53,164 nt of DNA from Candidatus Sungbacteria bacterium RIFCSPLOWO2_01_FULL_47_32 (GCA_001820685.1 MHQP01000014.1:1-53164); one strand, 5' to 3'; shown: positions 26,999 to 37,640, counted from the stretch's first letter. Numbers and translations are program-made. Notes: generated from the sequence alone by a model not told the origin.

Positions 26999-28142
26999 TT
27001 TTTTTAAAACCTTACGAATGCTCCACCGTATTCAGCACGATCGCGCCTCCTACCGCGAACTCATAGAGCTTTTATATAACGAAACTTCGCCCGAAGATAG
27101 CAATTTTTTGCGCTACAATTACGCTCCGCATATAGTAAAAATCATCACATACGGACATGCTCAAAAAACGCAGCCGGCTTTTAGCGTTATCATCCCTACA
27201 TACAATCGGTGCGACCTGCTTTTAAATACCCTAAATGCCATAGCAGGCCAAAAAAGTATCTCCCAGAACAAACCCGAAGTGATAGTGGTTGATAATTACT
27301 CGGAAGACAAAACCGAAGAGGGGGTGGCGAAGTTCGCGAACTTTCAGGAGGCGTTACATGTTATCTATATCAAGCTAAAAAAAAATTACGGAGGGGATTT
27401 TGCGAGAAACATCGGCGTACTGCACTCCCGAGGAAGCCTGCTTGTTTTTACGGATGACGATTGTATTGTTCCTCCGAATTGGCTTTCGGAATTCAAGCGG
27501 GAACTTGACGCCGATCCGAAGATTGCGGGAGTTGGCGGATTTAAGATTCCGAGATCCACAAGAGAACGTCTTGATATATATCACAGGTTTGTGATGTGGA
27601 GACACTTTCTTTTACCGCACGAAAGAACCAAAAGCCCATCCATTTTTTATAACCGATGTGGCAGTCTCAACGCCAATGTGTGCTATCGGAAAAGCATTTT
27701 TGAAAAAATTGGCGGATTTAACGTATATTTCCGGCATATCGGCTCAAGAGAGTTAAAAGTTCGTTTGCATAGGTCAGGGGCAATACTTCTGTATGAACCG
27801 CGAATGGTGGAGCACTTCGCCTACTTTTCCTTTGCTGATTACGTACGCAAGTTGCTTATTCAAGGATGGGATCGTTATTTACTGCATGTACTGCATCCAG
27901 AGGTCGAACTCAGCTCTTCATTTGGGCATTTATTGAAGCGATCGGGCCGAGATATCCTTGTTGTTTTTTCCGGACGGAATACCATGCCGTTTTTCAACGG
28001 ATCGCTTCCGGACAAGATAGGTTTTTCTTTTATTTCCATAATAACTAGTTTGTTTTTGTGGTCTGGAAAATACTGGATTCCACTGAAAATACTTGTCCCA
28101 AAAAACCGTGGCGACGACAACCTTCTCCCAATCGAGGAGTAA
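26988..28142 (+). CDS. Glycosyltransferase family 2
   Basis: SVIIPTYNR, VVDNYSED, ARNIG, FTDDD. Confidence 0.92.
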   Translation: MLSDFFKTLRMLHRIQHDRASYRELIELLYNETSPEDSNFLRYNYAPHIVKIITYGHAQKTQPAFSVIIPTYNRCDLLLNTLNAIAGQKSISQNKPEVIVVDNYSEDKTEEGVAKFANFQEALHVIYIKLKKNYGGDFARNIGVLHSRGSLLVFTDDDCIVPPNWLSEFKRELDADPKIAGVGGFKIPRSTRERLDIYHRFVMWRHFLLPHERTKSPSIFYNRCGSLNANVCYRKSIFEKIGGFNVYFRHIGSRELKVRLHRSGAILLYEPRMVEHFAYFSFADYVRKLLIQGWDRYLLHVLHPEVELSSSFGHLLKRSGRDILVVFSGRNTMPFFNGSLPDKIGFSFISIITSLFLWSGKYWIPLKILVPKNRGDDNLLPIEE

Positions 28143-28607
28143 CAGACCGAAGCGATTAAGATTTTTAGTGTCGGGATATTTTATAAAGTCTCTGGCAAAA
28201 AGCACCCGTGGATGTCTGCAAACTTCATTCCACATCTCATACATGGGCTCCGTGAAATGGATACCGTCGAAAATAACAAGTGAATACGTAGTCAATTTCG
28301 GCAAAAGAAGCAAAAAGATTTTAAGGTTAAACTCTTTGTCGTGTAGGGCGTCGATAAAAACGAAGTCATAAAGTCCTCCTTCTTGGAACGGTCGCGAACG
28401 TATACCATCTAGCGCGTCTCCCTCAAGCATTGTCCACTGCGTCTTTGAGAGCGCGACAAGATTGCGGACCGTGTAATTAATATATTCTTTGCATCCTTCA
28501 GTCATCGTCAGCTTTTTATCTTCTTGGGACTGGTCCGAAAGAATACTGGCCAATGAATGCAGATCTGATGCCCTGAAACCGGATCCGAGTAAAAGAAGGT
28601 CCTTCAT
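27930..28607 (-). CDS. Class I SAM-dependent methyltransferase-like protein (possibly truncated)
   Basis: LLLGSG motif I-like, GDALD, YDFVFIDALH; 3' end overlaps the GT2 gene on the opposite strand. Confidence 0.6.
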   Translation of the reverse strand: MKDLLLLGSGFRASDLHSLASILSDQSQEDKKLTMTEGCKEYINYTVRNLVALSKTQWTMLEGDALDGIRSRPFQEGGLYDFVFIDALHDKEFNLKIFLLLLPKLTTYSLVIFDGIHFTEPMYEMWNEVCRHPRVLFARDFIKYPDTKNLNRFGLLLLDWEKVVVATVFWDKYFQWNPVFSRPQKQTSYYGNKRKTYLVRKRSVEKRHGIPSGKNNKDISARSLQ

Positions 28608-28619
28608 CGTAACTAACAA

Positions 28620-29909
28620 CTACAAAAGATTTTGGAAAATGAATTTTAGCTTACGAAATAGCGTCATTTTTTTTATGCTTTCCATAGTTTCAATTCTGGT
28701 TTCTTCGACACAAGCGTCAAAAATGTAATATAATATCTGTTTGGGCGGGGGTTCTTTTAGGGCCAAGAAGTTCTCTATTGCCGCTTTGGCTCGTAGCGAG
28801 CATCTTCCGTCATTGAACGCAAAAACCTTTCTGGTTATTTCTTCGCGCTCTGCAGCAAATTTATCCGGAGAAGCAAGCGCATGTTCGAGAGCTTTCTCCA
28901 ATTCACTTGGGTTTTTTACGCAAAAAGCAACCTTATTTTTTAATTGTTGTTCAATACTGCCGGAATACGTTTGCGGCACGAGGATTTTATTTTTGTGGTG
29001 ACGAAATCGGATGCGATGGTCTTCCAGAAATTCCTTGCTAAAAAAATCCGCTATAACGAGCGGCTTTTTTGCCAAAAGCGCTTCCAAAAGAGCGCTTGAG
29101 TTGTCTCCTAACACCACATCCGCGATTTTATAAAGCGGGAGACTATCCGTAGTGTCGTCAAATACTGTAAACCCTTTTTCCCGAAGTGAAGTAATTTTTT
29201 GGGGTTCGTCGCAAATGGTGCGATGATGTAATTTTATAATAACGTTAAACCTCTTTTTTATTGAACTCAACGGGTAGACCAGTTCATCAAGGAAAGATAG
29301 CTCGCCGTGCGTGGGAACGTAAAAAATTGTTTTTTTTGAAGAATCAAGTTGGGCTCTTGTTTTATTTATGAAATTCCGGTCCAGGGTATCGTTAAACCAA
29401 TCGTCAAATCTTGTATTGCCAACAATCGTATAATGCGTATAAAATTTGTAAAGTTCGGCCGACCTTTCTCCATAAAGAAGTAGCGAATTGAGTTTTGACT
29501 GCAGAGGGTGGAATTTCCAAAGGTCCTTCCCCGCGCCGTACTCAACCCTTATCTTGCGAATACTGCTTCTCTCCGGACGCACACAACAATAGGTAAATGT
29601 TAAGCCAACTAAGGCATCATAACGAGAAAAAAAACGCTTGAGCATCTCTCCCGACGCGTGGCGTTTCCCGCCTAAAATACGGAAGTATACACCTTTCTCA
29701 CGCAAAAGACCGACCGTCGCTCTAAGCCCGCGTCCAGCAATTTCTTCTCTGGGTGAGTCATGAACGATAAATTCTGCCTCATATTTAAACTGGGCGTATA
29801 TGTTTTTCAAGGCATAGAACTGAAAGGGATAGAAAATAATAAATCCGATCTTTGCGTGCGGATTAGGATTCTGCGGATAGCATTGCGGCTTGTGCGGGGT
29901 AAAAAACAT
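28620..29909 (-). CDS. CDP-glycerol glycerophosphotransferase (TagB/TagF-like) family protein
   Basis: GNTRFD, YVPTH, KLHH, DVVLGDNSSALLEALLAKKP. Confidence 0.8.
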   Translation of the reverse strand: MFFTPHKPQCYPQNPNPHAKIGFIIFYPFQFYALKNIYAQFKYEAEFIVHDSPREEIAGRGLRATVGLLREKGVYFRILGGKRHASGEMLKRFFSRYDALVGLTFTYCCVRPERSSIRKIRVEYGAGKDLWKFHPLQSKLNSLLLYGERSAELYKFYTHYTIVGNTRFDDWFNDTLDRNFINKTRAQLDSSKKTIFYVPTHGELSFLDELVYPLSSIKKRFNVIIKLHHRTICDEPQKITSLREKGFTVFDDTTDSLPLYKIADVVLGDNSSALLEALLAKKPLVIADFFSKEFLEDHRIRFRHHKNKILVPQTYSGSIEQQLKNKVAFCVKNPSELEKALEHALASPDKFAAEREEITRKVFAFNDGRCSLRAKAAIENFLALKEPPPKQILYYIFDACVEETRIETMESIKKMTLFRKLKFIFQNLL

Positions 29910-29928
29910 GGAATTTATACAAACGATT

Positions 29929-30711
29929 TTACATCAAGTGCGGAGACATTTTTTGTTCGGCACCAATCACTTCGTGCACATGGTCAATCTCCGCGAACGG
30001 CACTGACCCGACATTCACCGCGCGAAGAGACCATCCCCGTTCGCGACGTATCGCATTTACAACGTCATACCCGAACAAATTCTCCCTTCCAGATTGTATA
30101 ATCTTCCCTGCCTTTTTAAAAAATACTTCCGAATAACCAGGTGAGAAAACGTATATTCCCGTAAACGTACCTGTAGCGGCATCGCGAATAATATCCTTCC
30201 CAATCGCCGTAACTCTCCCCCCGACATCGGCTACAACCAGTGTGTCAGAACCACCGGTGATCTCTCCGACATACAGCGCCGCTCCGCTAAGATCAGTTTC
30301 ATCACGAGCCATCTCGATTATGTGTGGGTGAAAAACAATGTCGGAGTCGAGCGCGATACACTTCTCACTCGACGCAAAGTTTTTTGCCAAATACCAGGAA
30401 TGCAGTTTGTTTGTTTTTGCATAGTCGGTATTTTCTATGAATGTAACTTTCAAAGAAGGAAACTCGTTTGCCACATACTCTTTAATCATATAACCCCGAT
30501 AGCCAACAACAATCATGACATCATCCAAGCCTGCTCGCATAAGAGCCGTGAGTTGATAGTATAAGATCGGCTTACCCTTAAGCGTTACGAGGCATTTAGG
30601 ACGAGTGCTCGTTAGTGGCAAAAGCCTACTTCCAATTCCGGCGGCAAGAATCAACACTTTGCATTGAGATTTCGGTATCATACGATACATATACGTTAGC
30701 GTAACATACAT
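29929..30711 (-). CDS. Nucleotidyltransferase (phosphocholine cytidylyltransferase LicC-like)
   Basis: ILAAGIGSRL..PKCL, ENTDYAKTN, DSDIVF, EIDH. Confidence 0.85.
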   Translation of the reverse strand: MYVTLTYMYRMIPKSQCKVLILAAGIGSRLLPLTSTRPKCLVTLKGKPILYYQLTALMRAGLDDVMIVVGYRGYMIKEYVANEFPSLKVTFIENTDYAKTNKLHSWYLAKNFASSEKCIALDSDIVFHPHIIEMARDETDLSGAALYVGEITGGSDTLVVADVGGRVTAIGKDIIRDAATGTFTGIYVFSPGYSEVFFKKAGKIIQSGRENLFGYDVVNAIRRERGWSLRAVNVGSVPFAEIDHVHEVIGAEQKMSPHLM

Positions 30712-30721
30712 ATTATTTTAT

Positions 30722-30945
30722 ATGAAATTCGGCATTATACCAATTGAAGGGCCGAGGCTCACGCAAAAGCTACAGGGAAAAAAGAACTTCGAAGAGCGAC
30801 AAATCTTGAGTTAATGGCCAGTACAAAAGTGCCGGTACGATTCGTGGAACATCCCGAACGGAGCCTGAAGGTCGCCTATCCATCAGACTTAAAACTTGCC
30901 ACGGGCACTCTTTGGACAGCGAACTTAAAAAAGAGGCAGGCATAA
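30722..30945 (+). pseudogene. Chimeric scar: LLM N-terminus joined out of frame to an IspD/TarI-like C-terminus
   Basis: MKFGIIPIEG matches the LLM start MKFGIVPIEG at 32037. A different frame then reads AEAHAKA..ATNLELM..VRFVEHPERSLKVAYPSDLKLA. Confidence 0.55.
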
Positions 30946-30966
30946 GAAACCCAACAAACAATCGAA

Positions 30967-31920
30967 CTATTTTCTGATAACCCACGTAGAATACGCATAG
31001 GGGTACCCCCGCGCATCAACGCCTTTTACCTTCCCAAAACCCGGATATGAATCTACGATGGTAAGACCGTAATTCCCGGATATCATTTTCTTCAATTTTT
31101 TCCGCGCAAGGCGATTATAGTGATAGCGCTCAACCAGATGAATATCATGATCGGCAATATCATCTTCGCTGAAAAAATTTATTACCAGCATATCGCGCGC
31201 AACCCGGAGCGCGCTCTGAAAGGCATCGGTAAGCACGGCTGGCGAGAGGTGTTCAAAGACGTGGGTCACAAGCACAATATCGTTGGACGCGTCGGGTAGC
31301 GATAAAGAACATACATTGCCGGTCGAGAACACCGCTTCGGGATATAGACGGTTCGCGTTCGCTATATTTTTTTCTGAAATATCGATGCCGCTATAGCAAA
31401 TGAACCCTGAAAGTCCGCTTTTTTTAAATCCTTCGAAGTAGTTACCAGAGCCACAACCGATATCGAGTACTGATGGTTTTTTTAATGTGCGCCGTCCAAG
31501 ACGCATCGCCTTAAAAGAACTCACCAGCGCTAGTGCGCTCCCAAATGCATCCTGTAGAAAGGGGGCTTTAGTGTGAATATATTTGATGTTTTCGAGATAG
31601 AACGACGTAAGGGGCCGGCATATTTTTTCCTCTAGATCAAACTCTGCGTCCGGATTGTGCGAGGTTAGGTACTTTAAAATAAGCTCCCGCGTAAAAAAAT
31701 GTTGGCAGTGAAAAAAAGGGTGAAAATCACCTTTTCTAAGATAGGTGGCAAGAAAGGACGACGGATGTCGGTTCCACATGTATTTTAAATTTTCCGCCTC
31801 AACTTCAACCGTAGTAATTTTTTTGTTGCTATCTTTCATGGCTATCATGGCTATTTTCCACTGAAACCAAATGCATATGGATACCTTAGACCAGCCAACT
31901 AAAAATTTCAATGAGTACAC
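30967..31920 (-). CDS. Class I SAM-dependent methyltransferase
   Basis: VLDIGCGSG, GIDIS, HVFEHL; the true start may be further downstream. Confidence 0.85.
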   Translation of the reverse strand: MYSLKFLVGWSKVSICIWFQWKIAMIAMKDSNKKITTVEVEAENLKYMWNRHPSSFLATYLRKGDFHPFFHCQHFFTRELILKYLTSHNPDAEFDLEEKICRPLTSFYLENIKYIHTKAPFLQDAFGSALALVSSFKAMRLGRRTLKKPSVLDIGCGSGNYFEGFKKSGLSGFICYSGIDISEKNIANANRLYPEAVFSTGNVCSLSLPDASNDIVLVTHVFEHLSPAVLTDAFQSALRVARDMLVINFFSEDDIADHDIHLVERYHYNRLARKKLKKMISGNYGLTIVDSYPGFGKVKGVDARGYPYAYSTWVIRK

Positions 31921-32036
31921 GTACGAATTTCAAATACCGGAAGGCCCTGGTTGAAATACCAGGGAAATTATAACACCCTTGAAAAAATATCGAATGTATG
32001 CGAAAAAGGGATATGCAAAACTCTCAAAAAGAGAAG

Positions 32037-33017
32037 ATGAAATTCGGCATTGTGCCAATCGAGGGAGTAAAGTATTATGCTCAAGCACTGGAGGAGGTGC
32101 AGTTTGCAGAAGAGCTTGGATTTGACTCGGCGTTCATTCAGGAGCGGCATCTCGTACAGGATCACTTTTGGGCTTCCCCTCTCATTGCTGCTTCTGCCAT
32201 GCTCGCGGGAACTTCACGCATAAAAGTTGGTACAGGTATTCTCATATCACCCTTCCACCACCCCGTGCACCTCGCAGAAGATATTGCTATCCTTGATATT
32301 ACCTCTTGCGGACGTTTTATTTTTGGAACCGCCATCGGGTACAAGCCGGATGAATTTGATTTGTATGGCATTGACCCCTCAAGCCGTGGTGCCAGATTTG
32401 AGGAGAGTATGCACATCGTGAAGCGGCTTTGGACAGAGGGAAAAATTGATTTTCACGGAAAGTTTTATACCATAAAAACTGATGCCTTTGAACCGCGGCC
32501 ACACACAAAACCGCACCCGCCGCTTTGGATAGGAGGCCAGGGACCGTTGATGCTAAAACGCGCGGCGCTTTTCGCTGACGCGTGGATCCCGGGTGTCAGC
32601 ATTGCTCTCGACCAGCTTCTCCCGCTAAAGGAAGCCTTTCTCAAGCATCGTAAAGAAGCCGGGATCAAGATACCGGATGAGTGGCCGCTTAATCGCGAAG
32701 TTGTTATTGCCGAAACCCGAACGGGCGCGTGGGAACTTGCTGAAAAATATTTACTGCCGTTTTACCAAAAGACGTATGTCGGCAACTGGAAGCACCGTTA
32801 CATCACCGCAGATATGGTGAAAGACTTGCAGCAGCTCGCCAAAGACCGATTCATTATCGGTTCTCCGGATGATGTTGTAAGCGAGATCCGCCGATATAAG
32901 GATGTATATGGAACAAATTATGTGATCTGTCGATTCTTTTTTGGTAACATTCCGCATGAAACTATAATGAAAGAATTAGAGCTTTTTGCCAAAACAGTTA
33001 TGCCGACTTTCGGATAA
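32037..33017 (+). CDS. LLM-class (luciferase-like) flavin-dependent oxidoreductase
   Basis: AEELGFDS..ERH, HPVHLAEDIAILD..GR, PPLWIGG. Start set at MKFG. Confidence 0.92.
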   Translation: MKFGIVPIEGVKYYAQALEEVQFAEELGFDSAFIQERHLVQDHFWASPLIAASAMLAGTSRIKVGTGILISPFHHPVHLAEDIAILDITSCGRFIFGTAIGYKPDEFDLYGIDPSSRGARFEESMHIVKRLWTEGKIDFHGKFYTIKTDAFEPRPHTKPHPPLWIGGQGPLMLKRAALFADAWIPGVSIALDQLLPLKEAFLKHRKEAGIKIPDEWPLNREVVIAETRTGAWELAEKYLLPFYQKTYVGNWKHRYITADMVKDLQQLAKDRFIIGSPDDVVSEIRRYKDVYGTNYVICRFFFGNIPHETIMKELELFAKTVMPTFG

Positions 33018-33095
33018 AGAAATATTGGTACAGCATATATTTGTTAATTTTTCTAATAAGACATCAAGTCGCTACGCAAGATCTTACCACATATT

Positions 33096-33794
33096 ATGGA
33101 CATCTTTAGAAACATTAAACGAGTGATGGTATTCGGAGCCCACGGAGACGACGAGATCATCGGCTCCGGTGCTACGCTCTATGGATTTTCCAAAAAAGGG
33201 GTGGAAATTACCGCTGTTACTTTTACCAACCGAGAAACAGCGTATGCGCGCATTGAAGATAAAGACAAGGCGGTGCTGCGCGCCAAAGAAGAAATGGCCA
33301 CAGCAAACGTAATCCTGGGGATTAAAAAGCGGGTGATATTAGGATTGCCGAACCAAGGAGTGGTCAACGACCGTGAAACCTTCCAAACCTGCACGAAACT
33401 GATCCGGGAATACCGACCCGAGATGATATTTACACATGCCCACGCTGACCAGCATCGTGATCATCGCGCCGTTTCCGAACTTGTAGACGAGGCTCGTTCA
33501 AAGGCAGAGGAGAACTTATCGCCAGACTGGGGAACGCCGCATCGGACTTACGCAGTCCTCTACTTTGAAATTTTTGATCTATTCGCCAAGCCGCACATCA
33601 TCGTCCCAGTCGAAGACTCATGGCTCGAAAAAAAACTTGAGGCAATGCGCTCTCAGACAAGCCAACTTGAGGTGTTGAAAGGCATTGAGTACCACATTAG
33701 GGGACTAGCAATGGTTCGAGGAACTGCGATTGGGTCAAAGTACGGCGAGGCATTCCAAATAAGCGACTTCCACCCATCTCGAGCTCAAATGTAA
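33096..33794 (+). CDS. PIG-L family N-deacetylase
   Basis: AHGDDE and DQHRDH metal-binding motifs; SQ and EAF near the C-terminus. Confidence 0.9.
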   Translation: MDIFRNIKRVMVFGAHGDDEIIGSGATLYGFSKKGVEITAVTFTNRETAYARIEDKDKAVLRAKEEMATANVILGIKKRVILGLPNQGVVNDRETFQTCTKLIREYRPEMIFTHAHADQHRDHRAVSELVDEARSKAEENLSPDWGTPHRTYAVLYFEIFDLFAKPHIIVPVEDSWLEKKLEAMRSQTSQLEVLKGIEYHIRGLAMVRGTAIGSKYGEAFQISDFHPSRAQM

Positions 33795-33805
33795 TCATAT
33801 AAAAA

Positions 33806-35230
33806 ATGAGTTTCCCAACCACCCAGCGTTATTCGTCCGAACTATTAAAAAATATGTGGGAACTCTCCCATATTTTTTTTCACATGCCAATAAATAAAAC
33901 CAAATGGTACGCCTGGCGCCATATACACACACTCCCCCAATCGATCGCCCGGCATTGGCAACTGCGTGAACTCCGCTTTCAATTGCGTCAAGCATATTCA
34001 AACGTTCCTTTTTACCGGCAACTACTCGACAAAAAAGGAGTTCATCCTGATGATGTCCGTTCTTTCGATGACATCCAAAAACTACCGATCATCAATAAGG
34101 GGCTCATGCGAAAAGTTCCCGTATCAGAACTCGTAAATAAAACGCTCCCGCTCTGGGCATATAATTGGACAGAAACATCCGGCTCAACGGGCGAACCCTT
34201 CCGGTTTCCGACAAGCAGGCCTTTTTATTTTTACAAACACTTTGGCTGTCCCAAGCGCATTGCCCGCTATTATCGATTGCTGTCAGTCGGTGCGATACAT
34301 ACCCGTACACGTACCGCTGATGTGTATGTTGACCGTTTTTTGTTATGGCGCGGTTTTTCGTTCGGCCATATTTCCAGAAAATTCCGCTTCGCAGATATCC
34401 GGACAGTCAATCGACCGCGCGGAAGGCATTTTCTCCATGTTCCAGTCTCGGACGTCCGGGAACATCCAACAGCCGTGATTGAGAAACTGACGAAATTTCA
34501 GCCAGATGTTGTATCGGGACGTGTAACCACGCTCATAGAACTCGCGCAAAGAATGAATGAATTTGGGACGGCACCGCTCAATATCCCATTCATTACTTCA
34601 GTCGGAGAAATGACAACTGAAGCACAAAAAAATTATCTTGCAAAAGCCTTCGGCGCGGAAGTATATGATCGGTACGGGCTTGAGGAGCTTGGAGATGTTG
34701 CCATCGAATGTCGTGAGCACAACGGCATGCATATTCATGAAGAATCTGATATTGTAGAAATTGTTGACGATAGAGATAGCCCCGTATCGCCGGGCGCGCC
34801 AGGACGTGTTGTTGTCACGAATCTCTGTAATTATTCCGTACCGTTCATTCGATACGATACTGGAGATCGCGGGAAGATACTGCCGGGAAAATGCCCTTGT
34901 GGAATCCCGGCACGACGCCTGATAATCTATGGACGGCTTGGAGCATTTCTTGAAGTCGGCGGCAAAAAATACCAGTTCCCGGAGTTTGCGGCAATTGTCG
35001 CAAGCTTCAGCGATATCATCCTCCGAAGCCAAGTGGTAAAGTTGCCTGATAACACGATTGAGCTTCGAATCATTCCAGCACGCAAGGTTTCGGAAAAAGA
35101 TATTCAGCTGATTACTGAAACTTTCAAAAAACAACTTAGCCTTACGCCTCGAATAATACTCGTTGAAAAAATTCCATTTAATGCCTCCGGCAAAACACAA
35201 TTTTTAAGGGATGAAGGCCGGCCCATATAA
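33806..35230 (+). CDS. Phenylacetate-CoA ligase/CapK-like adenylate-forming enzyme (1)
   Basis: TSGSTGEP, YGLEE, PFIRYDTGD, SGK. Confidence 0.9.
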   Translation: MSFPTTQRYSSELLKNMWELSHIFFHMPINKTKWYAWRHIHTLPQSIARHWQLRELRFQLRQAYSNVPFYRQLLDKKGVHPDDVRSFDDIQKLPIINKGLMRKVPVSELVNKTLPLWAYNWTETSGSTGEPFRFPTSRPFYFYKHFGCPKRIARYYRLLSVGAIHTRTRTADVYVDRFLLWRGFSFGHISRKFRFADIRTVNRPRGRHFLHVPVSDVREHPTAVIEKLTKFQPDVVSGRVTTLIELAQRMNEFGTAPLNIPFITSVGEMTTEAQKNYLAKAFGAEVYDRYGLEELGDVAIECREHNGMHIHEESDIVEIVDDRDSPVSPGAPGRVVVTNLCNYSVPFIRYDTGDRGKILPGKCPCGIPARRLIIYGRLGAFLEVGGKKYQFPEFAAIVASFSDIILRSQVVKLPDNTIELRIIPARKVSEKDIQLITETFKKQLSLTPRIILVEKIPFNASGKTQFLRDEGRPI

Positions 35231-36221
35231 TATGAAACTTCGCAAATCAAGGAAAAAAATTAGATACGGAATAATCGGATGCGGCAACGTTGCAAAAAGC
35301 CATGCTGTAGCGATTATAAAAAATCAATCAAGCGCTCTTGGCGCGGTTTTTGACATTGATCCGGCGCGCGCCAAAAACTTCGCTTCACGCTATCATTGCA
35401 AAGCAGAAGCTAGTTTGACGTCTCTCCTCGCCGACGCGAGCATTGATGCAGTTGTGGTCTGCACACCGCACGATACGCATAAAGAACTCGCCTTAAAGAT
35501 TCTTGCAAGCGGAAAATATTGCGTCTGCGAAAAACCACTATGTCTGACTGAAAGCGACTGCCGAGACATCATCCGGGCAGATCAAGCAAAAAAAGTCATT
35601 ACTGTATTCCAAGTACGTTTTCATAAGCCAATCCAGCTACTCCTCGAGCGCGTGAGGAGCGGAGCGCTCGGCAAAATTTATTTTTGCTCGCTCACAATAA
35701 GAAAAAACCGCGGCAAAAAATACTTTTCGGATTGGCACGGAAATAGGAAAAAAACCGGAGGCATGCTTGCAAACCATGGCGTTCATGGCCTCGACCTCAT
35801 GCTCGAGATTTGCAAAGAACCGTTATGTATAAAAAGTATTGATAGAAACATTCGGGCATTCAGCCCAATTGAGGATGCTTTTATTGCACAGGTCGTATTT
35901 GCGAACGGCGCAATCGGCAATATAGAAGTACTAACTTGCAGCGGAAACGAACGACCGGAAAATTCCATTCTCATTATTGGAAGTAAGGGAAGCATGAAAG
36001 TCGGCGGAAAAGTTTTTGACCGCATTGAATATATATATGACAAAACCGACAATTCCCTCCGGTGCCCGCAAAACAGAGATAGCGCAGGCCATATAAAAAT
36101 TATTGCCGCAACTACCGATTATATTCTCCATAAGAAGAAACACACCAACCTTCCCTTTGCGGAAGACGGGCTTCGTGCATCTCGTTTTGTTGAACAGCTA
36201 TACAAAAAAACTTGGCGGTAA
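35211..36221 (+). CDS. Gfo/Idh/MocA family oxidoreductase
   Basis: GIIGCG, CTPHDTH, CEKP, GGMLANHGVHGLD. Confidence 0.92.
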   Translation: MKAGPYNMKLRKSRKKIRYGIIGCGNVAKSHAVAIIKNQSSALGAVFDIDPARAKNFASRYHCKAEASLTSLLADASIDAVVVCTPHDTHKELALKILASGKYCVCEKPLCLTESDCRDIIRADQAKKVITVFQVRFHKPIQLLLERVRSGALGKIYFCSLTIRKNRGKKYFSDWHGNRKKTGGMLANHGVHGLDLMLEICKEPLCIKSIDRNIRAFSPIEDAFIAQVVFANGAIGNIEVLTCSGNERPENSILIIGSKGSMKVGGKVFDRIEYIYDKTDNSLRCPQNRDSAGHIKIIAATTDYILHKKKHTNLPFAEDGLRASRFVEQLYKKTWR

Positions 36222-36274
36222 TGACGACACGTATTATCAGCACTTAAACCTTCACGAAAGTTGTTTAATAAAAA

Positions 36275-37597
36275 ATGAGCAATTCTTTTTTCTCACATAT
36301 CAAAAAAAGGGCAGCGTTTGAGCTTTGGATGCAAATTCATCAATCGCCTTCCGCATTAATGCGCGTATGGCAGTTGTGGCGTACACAGCGTATCGTTGCT
36401 ATAGCGTATACGCACGTGCCTATGTATCGAAAGCTCATGGATGACACGGGTATTGTTCCTGCGGGTATCAGAAAATTTTCTGACATTCAAAAACTGCCCG
36501 TCATCAACAAACAGTTTTTGCAAAAACAGCAATGGGAAGATAGCACGCACTCTATTTTGCGAAACTTTCAAAATTCTTACCGAATGGCACTAACATCCGG
36601 CTCTACCGGTGAACCTTTTTCTTTTCCTCAAAGCACGAATGCTTTTTTACACCCTGGGTATTCGGCAAAACCCCTGCGGGCCAATCCTTTGCTTTTCCGT
36701 TTTCTTTTTTGGCAAGGGCACTCATTTGAAGATATATATGAAAAAATGCGAGTTGCTGGAATAAGAATTTATAATCTTCCATGTGTGAAAAATTATTTGT
36801 ATATTCCGGTACGAATGCTTCACGACGATGACAACGGATTGCTTGAAAAAATAACCTATTTCCGCCCGGATATCCTTGAAGGACGTACATCTGTTCTTGT
36901 TGAATTTGCGAGACTCCTTAAAGAACATGGGGAAAAAATGAAACTTCCTTTTATCATTACCCACGGAGAAACTATCAACAATGCCCAGCTGGAGTATTTC
37001 GAGAAAATGCTCGGAAGTAAGCCTTATTCCAGGTACAGCCTTGAAGAAGTTCCTGATGTTGCAATAGACTGCGCTCTGCACACTGGTCTCCACGTCCACG
37101 AAGAAAGCCTGCTTCTTGAAATATTGGACAACGCGGACAAACCGGTTGCGCCAGGTGTTCCCGGACGGCTAGTCATCACGCATTTCGAAAACGAAATTAT
37201 GCCTTTCATTCGCTACGACACAGGTGATGTTGGCATGATAGTGCCCGGAATATGCCCCTGTGGCATCCGTGCACGCCGCATAAAAATACATACCAGAAAA
37301 CAGGGGGGCTTCGTAGCTATCGGCAATAAAAAATATCATATCTCGGAATTTGAAGCTTTTTTCGACGAGTTTGCCGATTTTGTTTTGCAGTTCCAAATAG
37401 TAAAGCGAAACGAAAAAATAATAGAAATCCGCATTCTGCCGACCCTACGCTATTCACGTATTCACGAAGAAGAACTGAAGAACAAGTTTCGTGAATATTT
37501 TAAAACTGACACAATAATTCGACTTGTGAAAAGCATCCGCTACGAAGGAGAGGAAAAAGCTAGATTTATTATTGATGAAACAGCATTCTCCCGTTAA
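36275..37597 (+). CDS. Phenylacetate-CoA ligase/CapK-like enzyme (2)
   Basis: TSGSTGEP, YSLEE, MPFIRYDTGD. Confidence 0.9.
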   Translation: MSNSFFSHIKKRAAFELWMQIHQSPSALMRVWQLWRTQRIVAIAYTHVPMYRKLMDDTGIVPAGIRKFSDIQKLPVINKQFLQKQQWEDSTHSILRNFQNSYRMALTSGSTGEPFSFPQSTNAFLHPGYSAKPLRANPLLFRFLFWQGHSFEDIYEKMRVAGIRIYNLPCVKNYLYIPVRMLHDDDNGLLEKITYFRPDILEGRTSVLVEFARLLKEHGEKMKLPFIITHGETINNAQLEYFEKMLGSKPYSRYSLEEVPDVAIDCALHTGLHVHEESLLLEILDNADKPVAPGVPGRLVITHFENEIMPFIRYDTGDVGMIVPGICPCGIRARRIKIHTRKQGGFVAIGNKKYHISEFEAFFDEFADFVLQFQIVKRNEKIIEIRILPTLRYSRIHEEELKNKFREYFKTDTIIRLVKSIRYEGEEKARFIIDETAFSR

Positions 37598-37640
37598 TCA
37601 AACACCTTCTATTTTAATAATATCATCGTAAGACTAACAA

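Noticed and set aside
30750-30800. c-di-GMP-I riboswitch-like ACGCAAAAGCTACAGGG
   Set aside because: The upstream GGCAAA..GAAA stem is missing; the region is better explained as a coding remnant.
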